This document shows positions 58,170-64,000 of a DNA stretch of 64,000 nucleotides, piece after piece; the stretch's first letter is position 1, and the number at the start of each line of letters is the position of its first letter. The stretch is taken from assembly GCA_041674225.1 (NCBI GenBank), contig JBAYWG010000001.1:38501-102500 (forward strand). Direction: 5' to 3'. The translations under genes and the position numbers were made by a program. Source of the stretch: Minisyncoccota bacterium. GTDB taxonomy: Bacteria > Patescibacteriota > Minisyncoccia > Phycocordibacterales > JAACPR01. The notes under the pieces were generated by a model. That model searched no databases, was not told the origin of the DNA, and saw only the letters and a program-made list of their open reading frames with translations.

Positions 58170-59473
58170 GGTTGTAATAAATTAATTTCTCCAGCTGCGC
58201 GAACCACAGCTTCTGAAGTTGTAAGCCTTCCAGAGACTACAGATTCTACAAGTCTTTGGAATATCTTATCAGTTTCTTCTGGATTAAAATCGTAAACATT
58301 TTTAGAAATCAAAGCAGAATCATGAAATGTTTGCATAAATGCATTCCCAGAACGAGTTGCCAGAAGATCTCTACGTACAGGAGGTAAGAAAAGAACATCT
58401 GAAATAAAAGCATTCACTTCAGGCTCTATCAAATGTCTGACCAATGCATAAGACCTCTCAACATTTGGTGAGCTTTTTGGAATTGCTAAGGCCAAAACTT
58501 TTCCATAAGTCGAACGAGTACCACTTCTTGATTGAGGCATTAGAGCAACATCAAAATTTAAGTTTGGATTTTTTTGTCGCACTGTCGCGAATTCACTCGC
58601 ATAACCAAAATACATAGCAACATCACCGGCAATAAAAGAATCCAGAGAATTTGGTAGAGACCTATTCCACGAATAGACAGTTCGCGAAGGATTGGCGAAT
58701 TGTGTATAAAAATTTACAGCAGACTGAGAAGGTGATGTAGCAAAATCAAAACTTTCATCCAAAACTACAGAGTAGGGCGGAGTTCCGGGGTCTGCAATTA
58801 GATTTCTCACAACAATCTTATTTCCAGCCTGCATCAAAAGAGTTGTTAGAATTTGTTTAGCGTGACTTATATTTCCATAATCTCCCATTGCCACAGCTGA
58901 TTTTTTAATAGTCAAATCTAAATCAGTCTCTACAAGTTGAGGAACAGTTGTTAGCATTTCATCCCAAAATTTTGGTGGTTGAGATAAACCTTTTTCAGTA
59001 AAGAAAGATCTGTTCCAATACATCACAATTGGGTCAATTAGAAACGGAAAGGCAAAAATTCCTCTTTCATCTTTAAAAATCTCTCCGGCTTCTACAAAAG
59101 AATCTTTGTACAACCTTTCTGGAAAAAATTCATAAGAGATTTGGAAAAGTTTTTTCTCGTGACGCACAACTTTATCGTCGGTAATCAAAACTAAATCAGG
59201 ACCAATACCTTCAGCTAAAGCTGTTGTGAAAACAGTATCAAATTGAGACGGTTCAATATAACGGTAATCTACAGTTTGCTCAATTTGTTTTTGACTTTTT
59301 AGATAATCTGAAACTAGAGTAAAATCAGCATCGGTAATAGTACCCCACACCACAACATTTCCAGCTTGTGCACTTGTGCTAGATTTTGAAAATGCAAAAA
59401 TAACAACCCCAATCACAATTACGATTCCTGAGACTACTAACAATATTGTTTGAAATGGTGAAAGGTTTTTCAT
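58166..59473 (-). CDS. ABC transporter extracellular solute-binding protein (family 1, sugar-type), orphan
   Basis: The 435-aa ORF has an N-terminal TM/lipo-anchor and an SBP_bac_1-like organisation. No permease or ATPase gene is nearby. Confidence 0.65.
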   Translation of the reverse strand: MKNLSPFQTILLVVSGIVIVIGVVIFAFSKSSTSAQAGNVVVWGTITDADFTLVSDYLKSQKQIEQTVDYRYIEPSQFDTVFTTALAEGIGPDLVLITDDKVVRHEKKLFQISYEFFPERLYKDSFVEAGEIFKDERGIFAFPFLIDPIVMYWNRSFFTEKGLSQPPKFWDEMLTTVPQLVETDLDLTIKKSAVAMGDYGNISHAKQILTTLLMQAGNKIVVRNLIADPGTPPYSVVLDESFDFATSPSQSAVNFYTQFANPSRTVYSWNRSLPNSLDSFIAGDVAMYFGYASEFATVRQKNPNLNFDVALMPQSRSGTRSTYGKVLALAIPKSSPNVERSYALVRHLIEPEVNAFISDVLFLPPVRRDLLATRSGNAFMQTFHDSALISKNVYDFNPEETDKIFQRLVESVVSGRLTTSEAVVRAAGEINLLQP

Positions 59474-59477
59474 ATTT

Positions 59478-60002
59478 TTATTTTATAAATATCATACCGT
59501 AATGATGGTCTCCTGCGCGAATTTCTCTTAGTAAAGAAAAACCAGCTTTCTCAAAAATTACCTTACCTTGTTCAGGTTTTATAATTCTAGAAGGGTGTGG
59601 ACCAAGTCCTCCAAAAGAATCAGACCAATCAATTAAAAGTGCTGTGCATTTTGGTTTTAAAATTCTGTAGGCTTCTTTTGCCACAGCCTCTTTATCATCT
59701 GTTTGAAAAAGAGTATTTGCAATCAAAACTCTATCGATAGAAGAATCTGCCAATCGTGTGCTATTTTCTTCATCAATATCTCCCCAAATAATTTCTACGT
59801 TTTCAATTCCCTTTTTAAAGGCTTCATTTTTTAATTTCAATAAAAGATCTTGTTGCACATCTACTGCAAAAACTTTACCGGTTTTTCCAACAAAATTTGC
59901 TAAAACCAGAGAATAGAAACCCGCTCCAGAACCCAGATCCACTACTTTCATTCCCGGATCAACAGCAAATTGTTCGATATTTTTTTCTGGTTGCGAAAAC
60001 AT
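59478..60002 (-). CDS. Class I SAM-dependent methyltransferase
   Basis: Motif I VVDLGSGAGFYS and post-I acidic residues are present in a 174-aa ORF. Confidence 0.75.
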   Translation of the reverse strand: MFSQPEKNIEQFAVDPGMKVVDLGSGAGFYSLVLANFVGKTGKVFAVDVQQDLLLKLKNEAFKKGIENVEIIWGDIDEENSTRLADSSIDRVLIANTLFQTDDKEAVAKEAYRILKPKCTALLIDWSDSFGGLGPHPSRIIKPEQGKVIFEKAGFSLLREIRAGDHHYGMIFIK

Positions 60003-60064
60003 TGTTGCCTTTATTATAGCAACTTAAAAACAAACAAAGTAAAGTTATATACAAATTTATAGAC

Positions 60065-62548
60065 TTAGAAACAAACAGATGAAGCAATAGAATCTCCTGG
60101 TCGCAATTTCATAATTTTTACACCTTGGGTTTGTCTTCCTAATGTTGGCACTTCATCAAGATTCACTCTCACTACTTGGCTTTTCTTTGAGATTGTTACA
60201 ATTTCTTCCAAATCATCTGTGATAACAGCTGCAGAAATTAGTTTTCCAATTTTTTCTGTAACTTTTGCGGTTTTGATTCCTGAACCTCCTCTTTTTTTAA
60301 CTTTATATTCTTTAAGTTCTGTTTGTTTTCCATAACCTTGTTCTGAAAATACTAATAGAGTTTTGGCTGTGCCTCCTTTATGAATTACATCAGTACCAAT
60401 AACATAATCTTTTGATTTCAGTGTTAGACATCTTACTCCTGTAGCTGTTCGTCCCATTTGTCTCACGTCAGACTCTTTAAATCGAATCGATTGACCTTCT
60501 GAAGACACCACAATCATTTCATCTCCCTTATCAACAAAAGTTGCATTCACCAAACGATCTCCTTTTCCTAGAGTTATAGCAATAATTCCGCTTCTTCGAA
60601 CATCATGGAAACTCTTTGCATCAACTTTTTTAGCCACACCGTCTCGCGTTATCATCATTACTGAAAGATTTTCACTGTTTTTCAATTCTTTCGGCATCGG
60701 AATCACAGATGTTACTTCTTCTTCTGGTGAAAGAGAAATAAAGTTCATTATAGATTTACCTTTTGTAGCACGACGCCCTTCTGGGATGTCATACATTTTG
60801 ATTTGATAAACTTTTCCAGCATCAGTAAAGAAAAGCAAGTCAGCGTGAGTTGTGGTGTGTAAAAACATTTTCACAAAATCCTCATCTTTTGTATCCAAAT
60901 CTACCACTCCTACACCTCCTCTTCTTTGTTGTTTATATTCGTTTGGATTTGTTCTTTTGATGTAACCACCCTTTGTTAGAACAAGAACAGAATCTTCATC
61001 TGGAATTAGATCTTCAGCAGAAACGTTCTTCACACCTCGTTTCATAACTTTAGTTTTTCTGTCATCACCATGCTTTTCGCCAATCTCTATCATTTCTTTT
61101 TTAATAAGATTTCGCATTCGTGTTTGAGAAGCTAGAAGTTCTTTCAAATCCTTAATCAAAGCTTGAATTGCTTTCAATTCATCTTCGACTTTTTGTCTTT
61201 CAAGACCGGCAAGTTTTTGCAACCGCATTTCCAAAATAGCTGTAGCCTGCAAATCAGAAAGCTTGAACTTTTTCATCAAATTTTCTTTCGCAGTTGGAGT
61301 GTCTTTTGAAGCGCGAATAGTTTTAATAACTTCATCAATATGATCAAGCGCAATTTTTAATCCAATCAAAATATGTTCTCGAGCTTCTGCTTTTGCTAAT
61401 TCAAATTTAGTACGACGAGTCACCACTTCATATCGGTGTTTTACATATTCTTCGAGCGCTGCCTTTAGAGAAAGCGTTTGAGGAGTACCTTCAACTATCG
61501 CAACCATGTTGAAGTGAAAAGTTTCTTCTAGTTGAGTGTGCTTATAAAGAAAATTTAAAATATTTTGAGGATGAGCAGAAGGTTTAACATCGATAACCAC
61601 GCGAACATCTTCTGTTGATTCATCACGAAGACCTTTGATTCCTTCGAGTTTTTTCTCGTGTACAAGCATTCCGATTTTTTCTACCAAATCAGATTTAGTT
61701 ACACGAAAAGGAATTGAAGTGATAATAATTTGGAACATTCCATTTTTTAATTCCACAATTTCGGCTTCACCTCGACAAAGAACACCTCCACGGCCGTTTG
61801 CATAAGCTGCATGAATATCTTTTTCATTAAAAATCATTCCTCCGGTAGGGAAATCTGGACCTTGAACAAAATCTAGCAGATCTTCTGTGGTTGCTTTTGG
61901 GTTTTCCAAAAGATGCACTGAAGCATTGATCAATTCACGAAGATTGTGCGGTGGAATATTACATGCCATTCCCACAGCGATTCCTAAAGTTCCGTTTAAA
62001 AGAAGGTTTGGAACAGATGTTGGTAAAACAACTGGTTCCTTTAATGTGTTTTCGTAGTTTGGACGGAAATCAACAGTGTCTTTGTCGATATCAGCAAGCA
62101 TCGGCAAAGCTAGTTTTGAAAGTTTGGCTTCTGTATAACGAGGTGCAGCAGCATTGTCTCCATCAAGAGAACCGAAGTTACCTTGTCCGATAACAAGTGG
62201 ATATCTAGTACTAAAAGGTTGTGCAAGTTTTACCATAGCTTCATAAACAGATGCGTCTCCATGAGGGTGATACTTTCCGAGCACTTCTCCGACAATGGCT
62301 GCAGACTTTCTAGTCTTAACGTTTGGAGTTAGTCCCATGTCGTACATCGCATAAAGAATTCTTCGATGTACAGGCTTTAATCCATCACGAGCATCAGGCA
62401 GAGCACGCATAGTGATAACAGACATCGCATAGTCCAAGTAGGATTTCTTCATTTCAGAAACAATAGAAACATCAAGAACCTGTCCAAATTTCTCTGGCTC
62501 TCGATTTGGATCGTCTACTGGTGCGTCTAATCTCTTTCTCGCTGACAT
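60065..62548 (-). CDS. gyrA: DNA gyrase subunit A
   Basis: The N-terminal region has the active-site Tyr context ([11 protein letters not shown]) and a QRDR-like segment ([11 protein letters not shown]). The C-terminal domain is a beta-pinwheel. Confidence 0.95.
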   Translation of the reverse strand: MSARKRLDAPVDDPNREPEKFGQVLDVSIVSEMKKSYLDYAMSVITMRALPDARDGLKPVHRRILYAMYDMGLTPNVKTRKSAAIVGEVLGKYHPHGDASVYEAMVKLAQPFSTRYPLVIGQGNFGSLDGDNAAAPRYTEAKLSKLALPMLADIDKDTVDFRPNYENTLKEPVVLPTSVPNLLLNGTLGIAVGMACNIPPHNLRELINASVHLLENPKATTEDLLDFVQGPDFPTGGMIFNEKDIHAAYANGRGGVLCRGEAEIVELKNGMFQIIITSIPFRVTKSDLVEKIGMLVHEKKLEGIKGLRDESTEDVRVVIDVKPSAHPQNILNFLYKHTQLEETFHFNMVAIVEGTPQTLSLKAALEEYVKHRYEVVTRRTKFELAKAEAREHILIGLKIALDHIDEVIKTIRASKDTPTAKENLMKKFKLSDLQATAILEMRLQKLAGLERQKVEDELKAIQALIKDLKELLASQTRMRNLIKKEMIEIGEKHGDDRKTKVMKRGVKNVSAEDLIPDEDSVLVLTKGGYIKRTNPNEYKQQRRGGVGVVDLDTKDEDFVKMFLHTTTHADLLFFTDAGKVYQIKMYDIPEGRRATKGKSIMNFISLSPEEEVTSVIPMPKELKNSENLSVMMITRDGVAKKVDAKSFHDVRRSGIIAITLGKGDRLVNATFVDKGDEMIVVSSEGQSIRFKESDVRQMGRTATGVRCLTLKSKDYVIGTDVIHKGGTAKTLLVFSEQGYGKQTELKEYKVKKRGGSGIKTAKVTEKIGKLISAAVITDDLEEIVTISKKSQVVRVNLDEVPTLGRQTQGVKIMKLRPGDSIASSVCF

Positions 62549-62568
62549 AATTGAAATTTATGATAACA

Positions 62569-62961
62569 CTATTCGATACTTGATTCAATTTCTAAAGTTG
62601 TTGTGGAGTTTAAGTCGTTTGTTCCTGCGGTTGTAGTCGACAAATTAGTAATTGTGGTTGTACCCCCTTCAACTTCAGGAAGTTCATAAATATCCCCTTC
62701 TTCAGAATCAAATTGTGACATCAACTCTCCAAAAATTGTTCTAATCTCACCTACTTGTTCTCCAATATTTGAAAGAGGTGTCACTTCATCTGCTCTTTTT
62801 ATTTCGGTTTCTTGTTTTACTTCTTTTTCATCTGACGTAGAAAAAACAACAGTAAGCCATGTCACAACAATTACAAAAGTTAAAACTAACGCAAAAACGA
62901 AACATATAACTAATTTCTGAGCATCACTTTTCTCTCTTAGTTTATCTAAAAAATCCCACAT
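62569..62961 (-). CDS. Hypothetical membrane-anchored protein with an acidic/Thr-rich C-terminus
   Basis: The 130-aa ORF has one TM helix and is located downstream of gyrA. Confidence 0.4.
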   Translation of the reverse strand: MWDFLDKLREKSDAQKLVICFVFALVLTFVIVVTWLTVVFSTSDEKEVKQETEIKRADEVTPLSNIGEQVGEIRTIFGELMSQFDSEEGDIYELPEVEGGTTTITNLSTTTAGTNDLNSTTTLEIESSIE

Positions 62962-62973
62962 TTTTTATTTTAT

Positions 62974-63708
62974 TTAATTTGAAGATTTCAAAACGACTAT
63001 TTCTCCTTTCTTTCCAACCAAATCTTTTGATTTCACTGTAAATTTTTCTATTGCCTTCACATCTTCTGAACCTCCTTCTTCTAAAAACTTTTTAAGTGCG
63101 TCTTTTTCCCCAATAGAACCAAAGTGAATTGGAATAATAACCTTTGGCTCTCTTTTTACAGCTAGTTTGTAAGCTTCTTGTGCATCCAAAACTCCTTCTC
63201 CTCCGATTGGAACAAATAAAATATCAATATCACCAAGCTCTTCCTTCACTTCATTTGAAACATCTGGCTCACCATGAGCTCCTAAAAACGCGATTTGCAT
63301 TTTATCAATTTCTAAAGCGTAAATAGTGTTAATTCTTTCTTTGCCGTCATAATTTGATTTTGAAAGAAAACCTTCTATAAACATTTCTCTAAACTCGTAC
63401 TCTCCTGCTCCTTTTATAACGAAAGGTTGTTTATCACCTCTTGCAACAGTTTCTGCACCATTCATGTCTGGGTGGTTTGTTGTGATCAAGCAAAGGTCTG
63501 CACCAAAGCTAGAGCTCTTTAATTTAGAATCTTTCGAAATAGGGTTAATAGCAACCGTTAAATCTCCGTGTGTAATTTTTACAAACTCTGCTCCTTCAAA
63601 TGTGATTATCATAAGTTCACAAAGTATAACAAAGTTTTTATAAAAATCGCAGTGTTGACTTGGAAAATTTCTAATGTTATTTTGATTTGGCTTGATTACA
63701 AGCTTCAA
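62974..63708 (-). CDS. MBL-fold metal-dependent hydrolase (real start possibly the MIITFEG Met at 63612)
   Basis: It shows the beta-lactamase-fold pattern: ...DLCLITTNHPDMNGAE (the HxHxDH-equivalent region), GAHGEPD and IPIHFG. Confidence 0.65.
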   Translation of the reverse strand: MKLVIKPNQNNIRNFPSQHCDFYKNFVILCELMIITFEGAEFVKITHGDLTVAINPISKDSKLKSSSFGADLCLITTNHPDMNGAETVARGDKQPFVIKGAGEYEFREMFIEGFLSKSNYDGKERINTIYALEIDKMQIAFLGAHGEPDVSNEVKEELGDIDILFVPIGGEGVLDAQEAYKLAVKREPKVIIPIHFGSIGEKDALKKFLEEGGSEDVKAIEKFTVKSKDLVGKKGEIVVLKSSN

Positions 63709-63801
63709 AGAGCGTTAACCCTGTATCACGACTAAGAAATATATAGTCCGCAACTAAGGATTGTATTGAGACACTGGCATACAGATCACTCGGAGAAAAT
63801 A

Positions 63802-64000
63802 ATTTAAAAATATGGATAAAGAAAATTTGATGGTGAAACTGACAGCTGATGCTGTGGTTCCTCCATCTGAAGGAGATTTAGTAGAAGGAAATGTTATTGC
63901 TTTAGATAAGTCTGCTGTTTATATTGACTTGCCTCCTTTTGGAACAGGTATCATTTATGGACGAGAATATATCGTTGCGCGTGACTTAGTACGAAAATTA
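63802..64000 (+). CDS. rpsA: 5' part of an S1 RNA-binding-domain protein (likely ribosomal protein S1), continuing beyond the window
   Basis: MDKENLMVKL...GDLVEGNVIALDKSAVYIDLPPFGTGIIYGRE matches the start of the first S1 domain. Confidence 0.45.

Overview
This is a low-GC, gene-dense bacterial window, about 33-37% GC by hand counts of a few lines. Most of it is housekeeping genes in an arrangement that fits a reduced CPR/Patescibacteria-type genome, but that placement is an inference.

Housekeeping genes present:
- Translation and tRNA: hisS, thrS, truncated infB followed by rbfA, rpsP with a KH-domain gene and trmD, rpmF, and the start of an S1-domain protein at the window end.
- Transcription: rpoB, rpoC, dnaG and rpoD sit in one compact minus-strand block. 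There is also a nusB-NUDIX fusion gene.
- Replication and repair: dnaE, gyrA, rnhB, and a UvrD-helicase/PD-(D/E)XK nuclease fusion.
- Other: rnc, a short smc, rnr (RNase R), clpB, uppP, a DsbA-like protein, a cysteine desulfurase, a sortase, an orphan ABC solute-binding protein, a SAM methyltransferase and an MBL-fold hydrolase.
- tRNAs: tRNA-Tyr(GTA), tRNA-Cys(GCA), tRNA-Leu(TAA), tRNA-Lys(CTT) and tRNA-Leu(TAG).

Accessory content:
- The most unusual region is an approximately 8.5-kb island at about 21.75-30.25 kb. Sampled lines there reach about 40-48% GC. It carries six uncharacterised minus-strand genes in three terminator-delimited units: a 425-aa soluble protein with two N-terminally membrane-anchored proteins; a 376-aa protein translationally coupled to a 661-aa classic-clade AAA+ ATPase with a roughly 300-aa unknown N-terminal domain; and a 452-aa all-helical coiled-coil protein whose N-terminal motif resembles TelA. 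The island is bracketed by two near-identical 34-bp hairpin terminators at 21747-21780 and 30220-30253.
- A tandem array of six paralogous small two-TM genes at 55254-58169 looks like VirB2/TrbC-type T4SS pilins; one gene is a triple in-frame fusion.
- A 77-bp direct repeat in 2.2 copies is seeded by the 3' end of tRNA-Lys, and each unit carries a palindromic hairpin.
- A second small higher-GC patch at 42.6-44.6 kb encodes two signal-peptide proteins, one with six 22-aa FGEIRGG-type repeats.
- A secreted YDYGG-repeat protein is encoded by a near-perfect 30-bp DNA tandem array and ends in a sortase-substrate-like VPYTG motif plus transmembrane segment plus KKQR tail.

Not found:
- No CRISPR array, rRNA, transposase or integrase gene could be supported from the sequence.
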